The translations under genes were made by a program, and so were the position numbers. Source: a virus. From it: a stretch of DNA of 17,434 nucleotides. This document shows, piece by piece, positions 8,245 through 16,966 of the stretch. Every line of letters begins with the position of its first letter. The stretch's first letter is position 1. The notes beneath the pieces are model-generated. The model did no database searches, had not been told where the DNA came from, and saw nothing but the letters and a program-made list of their open reading frames with translations. Location: the UHGV virus genome UHGV-1770886. One strand, written 5' to 3'.

Positions 8245-9753
8245 TTATTCTTCGGACTGGTCGTCGGTGTGCTGCGGCTCCTGTCGTTTCGTTGCGGCAC
8301 TGCTGCCTCCTTTATCACTGGCCGGATCGGTATCAAATACCAGATCCAGCTTGCGGTTTTCATCAATTTCGGCCTTGCGCCGACGTTTGACATCATCTGG
8401 ATTACGACCACCTGCACGTACCCAGTCTGATTCTGTCGCCGCTCCACCACGAATCTGAATTTTCCAGGCCTCAGCCTCCTTAACAGGGTCAATCCACGGC
8501 ATCACCGGTCCGGAATACACCGCGGTATACAGTGAAGAACGATCAAGATCGCGGGGTAGCCTGATAACACCGGATGCCACAGCCTGTTTCAGCCAGGCAC
8601 GATACATCGGGCGGGTGACGGCACCAATAAACCAGTCCTGCAGGATCAGGTAGCCATCAGTGGATTCAACCAGCTCCTGACGCTGGGCGCTGTAAGTGCC
8701 GTTATAGTTGCGCGCTGTACTGGAAAAACTCAGACGACTGCCCGCCGCCACGGCACGCAACTGACCATTACGAAAAGTTTCAAGATTAGGATTGGGGCGA
8801 TCCGACTTCACCATTCCGATTTCTTCGCCGGGTTTCAGATCGTCGTAAATAATGCCTGGCTGAATGGTAAGCTCGCGTTCCTTATCCTTGCTGCCATTAC
8901 CATCCGGTTCATAGCTCTGCCCGTCGCCTTTCCGGATGTACATCCCCAGAGCAGCGGCGATCCTTGCTGCAGTCAGCTCAGAATCTTCATACTCTTTCAG
9001 GGCACTGAGGCGGATCAGCACACCGGACAACAAAGACGTCCCGCGCATCTGGTGCAGACGGCGAACAAATTTAAGATGCAGCATTCGCTCTGCATCCACT
9101 TCTTTGGTTTCCATCTGCCGTCCGGATACGGGACGGCTTTTATACACCAGATATTTTTCGGGACGCCCCCAGTCATCAACAAACACGCCCTGATTCAGCC
9201 TGTTGCTCTCATCACTGGTCATGGGAATAAAGTCCGGCTCGAGCGCCTCCAGCCAGAAATGAACACCGGCAGAAGGCGTCAGGCTGTTTATGCGCCCGGA
9301 AACCATCTGGGCAAACACCTCACCATCGCGCAGCCAGGTACGCAACATCAGACGTTCCAGCATCGGACGGGTAAACTGCCCGGTGACTTCCGGACTGACA
9401 GACCATTCACTCCATCGGGTGCGTATCTCCGCTGCCAGATCACGGGCAATGGCCCCATTGCGTAATACCGGATGTGGCTCGACAATAATCCCGTTTTTCC
9501 CCACCACCCGTTCTTCCAGCTTGTCAAATACACCAATGACCAGATCGTGGTTGTTATCAAGGTAACGGGCCTGCTCACGTAACGACACGGCCCCGTACTG
9601 GCTTAACTGGTCGGCAGTTCGGTTTTCCCGCCGGGCTTTGTGTGTCCGCGTCGTTTTTACGGCCTCATAAGCCTGGATCACCGCACGGGAACGCAGCCTT
9701 GCCGCTTTCCATCCTGGTGAAAAAACGCCAATCACATCATCAAGAATTGCCAT
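8245..9753 (-). CDS. portal protein
   Basis: 502 aa from ATG 9753, which overlaps the gpW stop (ATGA). Size and position (after terminase and W, before protease/capsid) match lambda gpB. Not aligned residue-by-residue to lambda B. Confidence 0.8.
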   Translation of the reverse strand: MAILDDVIGVFSPGWKAARLRSRAVIQAYEAVKTTRTHKARRENRTADQLSQYGAVSLREQARYLDNNHDLVIGVFDKLEERVVGKNGIIVEPHPVLRNGAIARDLAAEIRTRWSEWSVSPEVTGQFTRPMLERLMLRTWLRDGEVFAQMVSGRINSLTPSAGVHFWLEALEPDFIPMTSDESNRLNQGVFVDDWGRPEKYLVYKSRPVSGRQMETKEVDAERMLHLKFVRRLHQMRGTSLLSGVLIRLSALKEYEDSELTAARIAAALGMYIRKGDGQSYEPDGNGSKDKERELTIQPGIIYDDLKPGEEIGMVKSDRPNPNLETFRNGQLRAVAAGSRLSFSSTARNYNGTYSAQRQELVESTDGYLILQDWFIGAVTRPMYRAWLKQAVASGVIRLPRDLDRSSLYTAVYSGPVMPWIDPVKEAEAWKIQIRGGAATESDWVRAGGRNPDDVKRRRKAEIDENRKLDLVFDTDPASDKGGSSAATKRQEPQHTDDQSEE

Positions 9754-9965
9754 CAGAACCTCGCAAGCCGGTACCCGGGATGCCCCCGTCGTCGTGTAAT
9801 CAGAGCCGCAAGGCGGCGCTCCCACTCCTGCCGTCCCTGCCGGATCTCAGATAAGTTTTCCATGGTCATCTGCTGACCATTAAAGGTGACGGATTTTCCG
9901 TCCAGCACCGCCATTTCAGCTTCCGTATAACGCTGAATCATGGCTTCGATATCATTCTGGTTCAT
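9753..9965 (-). CDS. W: head-tail joining / head completion protein (lambda gpW-like)
   Basis: 70 aa, AVLDGKSVTFNGQQMTMENLSEIRQ ... ITRRRGHPGY is gpW-like (lambda W: ...[28 protein letters not shown]...RRRGPAGFYV). ATG at 9965 has GGAGG 6 nt upstream and overlaps the terminase stop (ATGA). Confidence 0.8.
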   Translation of the reverse strand: MNQNDIEAMIQRYTEAEMAVLDGKSVTFNGQQMTMENLSEIRQGRQEWERRLAALITRRRGHPGYRLARF

Positions 9966-12064
9966 AACCATCCTCCGGAAGTCAGCCAGGGGTTAACATC
10001 GTCAGTTACTGTTTTCTTCCGTTTTTGTTTTTTAACAGGCGTGGATACCGGTTCCGGTGTGGGTGACGGTTCGGTACTGTCCGGGACACACTCCAGCCAG
10101 GTTTCCCGGCTCGCCCACTCCGGTGCATCCGGCCAGCGGATCTTTTCGTATCCATGCAGAATGACCAGAGCCTCGGCATACACCATCAGGTCAAAAGCTT
10201 CGTTGGCACCGCGACCCGGCTTACTCCATTTCCCGTCACTGCTCCGCTCTTCATACGTCAGTTCGTCGTAAAACCAGCTCCCCAGCCAGTCAGGGAAATG
10301 CACATAGCCGGGACCTGGCGAGTCACGCCATAACGCGTTATTCACCCGGTCTTTCAGGGCATCCGTCTGAAGAAGCCAGAGCGGTACATCACCTGCGGCC
10401 TGCGCCCGTCGGCCCGTTCGTCCGGTGTTATCAGGGAATGTACGGGTGATCAGTTTTGCGCGCCGGATGCTGTCGCCCTTAAACAGGTAAATACGTTTAC
10501 CAAGGCCATCACGACGGCAACGACGCCAGAATTTATAGGCATTATCAGTGACTCCGTCTTCACCGCCGGAGTCCACCGCCATTGCCATCAGTCGCATTTG
10601 TTGAGAAGGATCGGAGGCCAGCGGCCAGCTTTTATGAAAAACATCCGTCAGCAGGACATCCCAGTCTTCCGGATAGCTGGCCGGATCAATTCGCTGGCTC
10701 TCCCCGTCGCTGTCACCGCGCAATGACTGCGTGATGTTGTAACGATCAATAATCCAGCGTTCGCCACGGCTGCCATAGCCCGTTACCTGAACCACAAAAC
10801 GGCGATGACGTCCCGCCTGCACATCAACTGTCGCCACCAGGAAATTAACGCCATCCGGCACACTGCGGGAAGGAACTGGCTCTGCCCGCTGCTCAAGCAG
10901 TTCACTTTTTCGTTGCTCCATGCTGGCACGGGGAAGATAAGGTAATCCCCAGTCGGTATTGATAACCGTCTTGAGTGTTTCTTCACTTCCGGTTGTCTCG
11001 TATTCCTGTTCTGCAGCAAGCAGTTTGTAAACGAGTTGCGAGAGTGTCTGGTAAGCAGCTGCCGGACCCTCCATCCAGAATGACGCAATACGTGAGCGTC
11101 GGGGATCACCATAACGACTGCCATCCGCATTGATGGATTCACCATCCCGCAACCAGACCCCACGTCCGTTCAGCTCACGTTTTTGTTCAGGCATAATCCG
11201 TCCTGAACAGGAAGGACACTGAATATAAGCCGCCTCACTTGCCAGCACGGGATCGGCAATATCACGGAAACCAGCAACCACATCGCCGCAGGGCTGAAAA
11301 TACTCACCACAGTGTGGACAGGGCCAGTACCAGCGACGGCGATCGCCACGGTTATAGAGCGACAGTATCCCCGTGGTTGGTGGAGCCTCATGCGGTGAAG
11401 TCCGTCGCCATTTCACATCCTTCACATCCCTGCCGGGGGAACTCTCCACCAGCGTCATACCACTGGACATAAATGTGGTGGTACGTTTTGAGGCAAGAGA
11501 GAAGGCATCCCCCTCGCCATCAATATCTTCCGGAAAACGGTCATAATCCGTCAGCGCCACGCATTTATAATCTGATGAGGACATGATATTGACTGACGGC
11601 CAGCCGATTTTCAGGTAGTTGCCAGCAAGGAATGTTCTGTCATAAACGTTGTTGTCATTTTTGTTCGGACTCAGGCGACTGACCACTTCCGGGCTGACGC
11701 GAAACGTTCTGGCAAGTCGTTTTTTGGAGTGTTCGCGGGCTTTTTCCTCCGTCATCTGAATGATCAGCATATCAGCAGGATCGCAAATCACGTTGTAAAT
11801 CACCCAGCCGTCAATCAGGCCGATAGTCTTGCCAGTTCGTGCCGGGCCAACAAATATCACTGCGTCGTATTCACGCGAGGCCAGGCAGTTCATCGGCTCA
11901 ATAACATACGGTGCCACCAGCGGATCCCACGGGACTGAGTTCCCGGCCCCCATGGGCACCCGCATATACTGAGCAACGGCATCAGCAACCCGCATTCGTC
12001 TCGGTGCGCGAAGGATATAACCTGAATCGGTTCGTGCTGCCTTTGCGGTTTCCTGATTCAGCAT
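9962..12064 (-). CDS. A: terminase large subunit (lambda gpA-like)
   Basis: 700 aa. Walker A-like GPARTGKT. CPHCGEYFQP zinc-ribbon-like motif parallels lambda A ACPHCGEEQYL. Start ATG overlaps the small-subunit stop (TAATG) with AGGAGGAG upstream. Confidence 0.9.
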   Translation of the reverse strand: MLNQETAKAARTDSGYILRAPRRMRVADAVAQYMRVPMGAGNSVPWDPLVAPYVIEPMNCLASREYDAVIFVGPARTGKTIGLIDGWVIYNVICDPADMLIIQMTEEKAREHSKKRLARTFRVSPEVVSRLSPNKNDNNVYDRTFLAGNYLKIGWPSVNIMSSSDYKCVALTDYDRFPEDIDGEGDAFSLASKRTTTFMSSGMTLVESSPGRDVKDVKWRRTSPHEAPPTTGILSLYNRGDRRRWYWPCPHCGEYFQPCGDVVAGFRDIADPVLASEAAYIQCPSCSGRIMPEQKRELNGRGVWLRDGESINADGSRYGDPRRSRIASFWMEGPAAAYQTLSQLVYKLLAAEQEYETTGSEETLKTVINTDWGLPYLPRASMEQRKSELLEQRAEPVPSRSVPDGVNFLVATVDVQAGRHRRFVVQVTGYGSRGERWIIDRYNITQSLRGDSDGESQRIDPASYPEDWDVLLTDVFHKSWPLASDPSQQMRLMAMAVDSGGEDGVTDNAYKFWRRCRRDGLGKRIYLFKGDSIRRAKLITRTFPDNTGRTGRRAQAAGDVPLWLLQTDALKDRVNNALWRDSPGPGYVHFPDWLGSWFYDELTYEERSSDGKWSKPGRGANEAFDLMVYAEALVILHGYEKIRWPDAPEWASRETWLECVPDSTEPSPTPEPVSTPVKKQKRKKTVTDDVNPWLTSGGWL

Positions 12065-12555
12065 TACTCCTCCTGCTGTAATTCCTCCTCATCATCCGCA
12101 CCTGCTTCGGTCACCCGCAGGGCTATCTGATCGCGCAGATCATCAATAATGGACTGAACACGGCTCACAGCGGCAGGCTGCAGGCCGCAGTCACGTTCCA
12201 GAATATCCGGTAATGTCTCCAGCACCTGCACGACCGCTTTTGCCCAGATGGCAAACTCCCGTCTGACATCACTGGCCGGAATGAGTTGTGCCGTTTCCTG
12301 TTCGAACTTAAGACGCTCACGTTCAGACTGATACCAGGCTTTGCGTTCATGTGGATCCATTTCGCCCTCAGCAACCGGCGGTGGTAACCCCATAAATTCA
12401 GTCAGAATATCGGTCAACCGGTATAGCTTGAGTTTGTCATGTCCACCAGCGGGACGAATGTTTTTCAGTCTTGCCACGACAGTCTGGCGGTGCAGACCAG
12501 ATAAAGCCGCCAGTTGATTAATATTCAGCACCAGGTTTTTCAACTCATGATCCAT
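12064..12555 (-). CDS. Nu1: terminase small subunit (lambda Nu1-like), N-terminal HTH
   Basis: 163 aa. N-terminal LNINQLAALSGLHRQTVVARL is a winged-HTH like Nu1. Acidic C-terminal tail. GGAGG upstream of ATG 12555. About 185 bp downstream of the putative cosN, the same spacing as lambda. Confidence 0.8.
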   Translation of the reverse strand: MDHELKNLVLNINQLAALSGLHRQTVVARLKNIRPAGGHDKLKLYRLTDILTEFMGLPPPVAEGEMDPHERKAWYQSERERLKFEQETAQLIPASDVRREFAIWAKAVVQVLETLPDILERDCGLQPAAVSRVQSIIDDLRDQIALRVTEAGADDEEELQQEE

Positions 12556-12724
12556 ATTTCCTCCGGAGAGCTTTAAACATGCATCGTGCGAACAACTTTA
12601 AGAAAACGCGTTCGATGTCGAACAAAAAACACTCAACTCGACATACAAAAAACAAACAACCATTAATAATCAATAAGATGCAAAGATGATGGTGGCCGAT
12701 AAAAATGCAAAAACTAGCCTTTTT

Positions 12725-12775
12725 CCGCGACGCTCCCGCCCCGTGGCAGGGACCCCCACTGGGAGGACCCGACAG
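12725..12775 (-). other. cos site (cosN with flanking cosQ-like sequence) of a lambda-type packaging system
   Basis: Minus-strand sequence ...CCACG GGGCGGGAGCGT CGCGGAAAA... aligns without gaps to recalled lambda ...TTACG GGGCGGCGACCT CGCGGGTTTT... (8 of 12 overhang positions identical, both flanks conserved). Upstream GGGAGGACCCG parallels lambda GGAAAGGACCCG. Confidence 0.5.
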
Positions 12776-13107
12776 CCTGACAACCGTGACGAGCATCTGA
12801 AACAGAGCGTTACATAATGGCATGGGGATAATTCAGAAGGACATCACAGCATGCCCACACAAATTAGTGTGAGTGTCCTGTTTCTTACTACGCGCAGGAC
12901 TGACGAGCATGAGGGGAAAATACGCGAACCGAAATGCCTTATCTTCAGAAATGCAGCCGGCATCCGAACTGGACGATATTGTAAATTCACCTAAATACGA
13001 GGCATTGCTGTAGTTGAATTGCAGTACTGTATTAGCCTTACAGTGACAGAATACGATATTGACTCTGTCACTTGTGAAATGGTCAGAATGGTTAGCAGTT
13101 ATGGTGA

Positions 13108-13314
13108 TCAGTCAACCACCAGGGAATAATCCTTCGTATTCTTATCGTGCTTTACTAACGCGGCCTCAATTGCCCTGAATGCTTCCAGAGATACTTGATG
13201 TTCTATACATGCAATTACAACATCCGGGTAACCCATCGAAATGGTGCTATTAAGCATAGTTTTTACACGAACCTGCTCCTGGGAGGGGGCATCAGTGTAT
13301 TGATCTTTATGCAT
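13108..13314 (-). CDS. small conserved lambdoid hypothetical protein (68 aa)
   Basis: ATG 13314 with GGAG 8 nt upstream. Protein ...[53 protein letters not shown] recall a near-identical 68-aa ORF near the right end of lambda, but could not verify this. Confidence 0.5.
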   Translation of the reverse strand: MHKDQYTDAPSQEQVRVKTMLNSTISMGYPDVVIACIEHQVSLEAFRAIEAALVKHDKNTKDYSLVVD

Positions 13315-13510
13315 TTTGTCGCTCCATTCGTTTGCTCTTCACTTGCGGCTAAAAATATAACGTCAAATCACTCAGCATGAAAGAGTGAAAGTTTCAGCGC
13401 GTTTCCCTTACATAATCTGTCGTTTGTATTCTCTTCAGGCATACCGGAAAGACTAGGTATTGTCACACAACCAATACCATTGACAATCGAGATTTATATC
13501 TATTCGGTAA

Positions 13511-13546
13511 TGTTTAAATATAACAAAACCCCGTAAAAACGAGGTT
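13511..13546 (-). terminator. putative rho-independent terminator downstream of the gns-like gene
   Basis: Minus-strand AACCTCG-TTTTTA-CGGGGTT (7-bp stem with one G.U) followed by a U-rich run (TTGTTATATTT). Confidence 0.4.
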
Positions 13547-13609
13547 TATGGGTAATTTGTATTGTTGAATAGCATCTGATGAGAAATTGATGCTAATACT
13601 ATAAACATG

Positions 13610-13783
13610 CTAGATTAAATCAATCTTGATATCATAGCTTTCAAGACCAGTCATTTTTTCCCGTGCAGTAAACTGGATACTGGTAACTTCTTTCCCGGTC
13701 TTTTTCTTAAGCTCAATGATTTTTTTTGTTATATATTCAGAAATATCTGCTTCTGTTTTTGTTTTTAACTCTTCAATGTTCAT
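13610..13783 (-). CDS. gnsB: GnsA/GnsB-family small protein (57 aa)
   Basis: MNIEELKTKTEADISEYITKKIIELKKKTGKEVTSIQFTAREKMTGLESYDIKIDLI matches my recollection of E. coli GnsA/GnsB in length and motifs. AGAGGAA upstream; second of two tandem ATGs chosen for spacing. Symbol gnsB is from Qin-prophage-like synteny and is not verified. Confidence 0.55.
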   Translation of the reverse strand: MNIEELKTKTEADISEYITKKIIELKKKTGKEVTSIQFTAREKMTGLESYDIKIDLI

Positions 13784-13955
13784 CATTTCCTCTTTTAGTC
13801 TGTTATGACTGTCCTGGTACACAGTAGTGTCAATTATATGGAGCAAACGTATAAAAGATAAGATGAAACATCGCAATAATCAACATACGACGGTCTAAAT
13901 TTCACACAAACAGATAAAGATGATTATCATTTATTATCAATGCATTAGAATCAAA

Positions 13956-14186
13956 TCAATTCAAGAGTCTCATTGCTGCTTCCAGAATTTCTTCTGAAGT
14001 TACATGTCGATCCGCTGCTACATAAATGACTTTATGATCTCCGGTCAGAGATGGAAACCCTGCAGCCATTACAGTGAGGTGTGTTGTTTCGCCATTTGGA
14101 TATTCACGCATGATGGTGTTAACTCCGGTCATCACTGGCACTACCATTGCTGGTTCAGAGTTAAAAAAAACTATTATTTTTTTCAT
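13956..14186 (-). CDS. hypothetical small protein (76 aa from ATG; track gives an 89-aa GTG-initiated version)
   Basis: ORF track 13956..14225. The GTG start at 14225 would sit inside the terminator U-tract, so ATG 14186 (MKKIIVFFNSEPAMVVPVMTGVNTIM...) is preferred despite a weak SD. AT-rich. No family recognised. Confidence 0.35.
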   Translation of the reverse strand: MKKIIVFFNSEPAMVVPVMTGVNTIMREYPNGETTHLTVMAAGFPSLTGDHKVIYVAADRHVTSEEILEAAMRLLN

Positions 14187-14230
14187 AATGTTACCGTAAT
14201 ATGTGAGTATCCATCGACTAGACACTAAGC

Positions 14231-14250
14231 AAAAAAGCTCCCGAAGGAGC
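14231..14250 (-). terminator. putative rho-independent terminator downstream of the csp gene
   Basis: Minus-strand GCTCC-TTCG-GGAGC (5-bp GC-rich stem, tetraloop) followed immediately by TTTTTT (plus-strand AAAAAA at 14231..14236). Confidence 0.5.
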
Positions 14251-14457
14251 CTTCATTTTCACTTTCTTAAATCTAACGACAGATGGCTAACATTTAAGTA
14301 TTGTGAAATATTATCAAATGTAATCATCATTGATTTACAAAAGATACATTTTGCCCCGAAAGGATTTCTGTCAGAAACATCAAAAGATGATGTTCTATAC
14401 TGAGAACCATGGCAACACGGGCATCTAAAGTGAATATGGTTTGTAATATTTTCTACC

Positions 14458-14670
14458 TCAAAGTGCCACTACATGAACAGCTGCAGGGCCTTTAGGTCCG
14501 TTCTCAATACCAAATTCGACTTCCTGATTCTCAGTTAACGTTTTGAAATCGTTGCTCTGAATAGCTGAGAAATGCACAAACACATCTTTGCTACCATCTT
14601 TCGGCGTGATGAAACCAAAACCTTTTTCAGGGTTAAACCATTTCACTAAACCAGTCATTTTGTTAGACAT
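14458..14670 (-). CDS. cspI: CspA-family cold-shock protein (70 aa)
   Basis: [38 protein letters not shown]... carries the canonical RNP1/RNP2 cold-shock-domain motifs (KGFGFI, VFVHF). AAGG SD and csp-like leader (AAAGGTAATAA ATG). Paralog call cspI rests on synteny (csp next to Rz) and recalled sequence. Confidence 0.85.
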   Translation of the reverse strand: MSNKMTGLVKWFNPEKGFGFITPKDGSKDVFVHFSAIQSNDFKTLTENQEVEFGIENGPKGPAAVHVVAL

Positions 14671-14814
14671 CATTATTACCTTTTGAAGAAGTTAGCCCTT
14701 GGGCAGAATGGTCCGAAAAAAAATATCAGAGAGAAAAACCAACAAGGAAATCTCAAGAGGTACAAATAATAAAATTATAACAATGACTGCTTCAGATAAT
14801 TTTGTAACAAACCA

Positions 14815-14850
14815 GAACACCATTAACGCATGATTAACCAACCATAGCAA
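14815..14850 (-). promoter_or_regulatory. candidate sigma70 promoter for the csp gene with ~145-nt leader
   Basis: Minus-strand TTGCTA (plus 14845..14850), 17-nt spacer, GTTAAT (plus 14822..14827), resembling the cspA promoter (TTGCAT / CTTAAT). AT-rich UP-like sequence upstream. Sequence inspection only. Confidence 0.3.
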
Positions 14851-15033
14851 GGATTACTTTTGTAAAGAAAAACACACGAATGAAACAATAGCTTTATTTA
14901 TTAATAAAACGTGTCATTCTGTCTAATGACCTTTTATCTTACCCTTAAGATTTCAAGGATTTTGACTCATGGAAGAGTCCTTTTTATTTAAATTTCACAT
15001 TCAGCGCTAAAAATAATCCGATTTAATATTAAT

Positions 15034-16061
<1,028 letters not shown>

Positions 16062-16195
16062 GGATATTTATCAGGATTTATCGGTTTCTGAACCCTGGAT
16101 ATGTTAAGCATTCAGCCCGTCAGTGGTAGGACACTGGCGCTCTGGTTAAGGATTATGGGGGATGCTGGCTGAGCTACCCCATCTGAGGATTTGAT

Positions 16196-16435
16196 ATGCA
16201 AAAAGAAGTTTTTATCAATATTACAGCTGACTGCTCATCTCCTGCATCAACAGCAAAAGAAATTGAAGCTCTTAAATATATGATTACAGTAATATTTTCC
16301 GTATTGGACCAGAATGAAAAAAATGGAATCATTCATCAATTAAATGAACATGTAAATAATCCATATATCAAAAGCAATCTGGAAATGCTGCTACCAATGA
16401 AAGATATTGGAAAACCAACTGAAACAAAAGGCTAA
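16196..16435 (+). CDS. hypothetical 79-aa protein on the opposite strand; AT-rich cargo ORF inserted between YdfR-like gene and endolysin
   Basis: ATG 16196 with GAGGAT 7 nt upstream. Markedly AT-rich relative to flanking phage genes. Stop overlaps the stop of the convergent minus-strand ORF. A hairpin CGCGCC-N10-GGCGCG follows at 16482..16503. No family recognised. Confidence 0.45.
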   Translation: MQKEVFINITADCSSPASTAKEIEALKYMITVIFSVLDQNEKNGIIHQLNEHVNNPYIKSNLEMLLPMKDIGKPTETKG

Positions 16436-16746
16436 CAACCAGTAATCGAGTTATCTGAACTGTTAATTTTTATGGTATACCGCGCCTCTGAACAGGGGCG
16501 CGTTTCTGGCAACAGCTCGTCCCCTTCACATAACCCGGCAGCAACATCCAGGAAGACCTGTCTGATGCTCCTTCTGGCTGCAGCCTCATAAAACTCCAGC
16601 GCGGCACCTTCAACACGGTCCAGCGAGATGTCCAGGTCAAAAATTTCACCGTCAAAGCGTTCTTTGTCCTGTAATGCTAAAGTTACCGTAACTTTATTCT
16701 CAAAATTGCGGATCCCTTTCACAATCAGTTCATAGTTTTGAGTCAT
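16432..16746 (-). CDS. hypothetical protein, YdfR-like (between holin and endolysin)
   Basis: 104 aa. ATG 16746 with GGAGAG upstream, 4 nt after the holin stop. Same position and size as the ydfR gene between essQ and rrrQ in the K-12 Qin prophage, as I recall it. Sequence similarity not verified. Confidence 0.5.
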   Translation of the reverse strand: MTQNYELIVKGIRNFENKVTVTLALQDKERFDGEIFDLDISLDRVEGAALEFYEAAARRSIRQVFLDVAAGLCEGDELLPETRPCSEARYTIKINSSDNSITGC

Positions 16747-16750
16747 TGAA

Positions 16751-16966
16751 TTACTCTCCCCGTGCCGCCTTACGACGGTCCTCTCTGATTTTGAAATACA
16801 GGTTAGTCAGATATGTCAGCAGCCCAAACAGCAGACTCCCCAGCACGCCTATTGCCGCCCACTGAGACGGGGAAACCCTGTCCAGCAACTGCAGGAACCA
16901 GTAGCCCGTTCCCACCGCTGACGTGGTGTATGACACACCTGTTGTGATTTTTTCCATCTGGTCCAT
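16751..16966 (-). CDS. S: class II pinholin, phage 21 S-like, with dual start (antiholin/holin)
   Basis: 71 aa from ATG 16966: [71 protein letters not shown], near-identical in the C-terminal two-thirds to recalled S21. Met1 and Met4 (MDQM) mirror the S21 71/68 dual start. GGGAGA upstream. The track's 106-aa N-terminal extension would run through the upstream terminator. Confidence 0.85.
   Translation of the reverse strand: MDQMEKITTGVSYTTSAVGTGYWFLQLLDRVSPSQWAAIGVLGSLLFGLLTYLTNLYFKIREDRRKAARGE

Noticed and set aside
6273-8492. 739-aa version of the protease/capsid ORF starting at 8492
   Set aside because: The first 87 codons overlap the portal gene in another frame. The ATG at 8231, 13 nt after the portal stop, sits just before the ClpP-like domain.
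12545-12823. 92-aa minus-strand ORF spanning the cos region
   Set aside because: Covers the cosN/cosB interval and overlaps the Nu1-like start. Cys/His-rich, low-complexity translation. More parsimonious as non-coding packaging-site DNA.
12851-12994. Possible 47-codon plus-strand ORF between cos and the 68-aa ORF
   Set aside because: Short, no clear SD, below the size at which I can distinguish it from chance; left unannotated.
14203-14403. 66-aa plus-strand ORF in the csp-downstream intergenic region
   Set aside because: Runs through the minus-strand terminator hairpin in AT-rich DNA with no SD; most likely spurious.
16482-16503. Initial idea that the YdfR-like gene has a C-terminus replaced by the insertion
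   Set aside because: The ORF is the same length (104 aa) as the ydfR gene I recall (103 aa), so truncation is not supported. The hairpin may simply lie within coding sequence.
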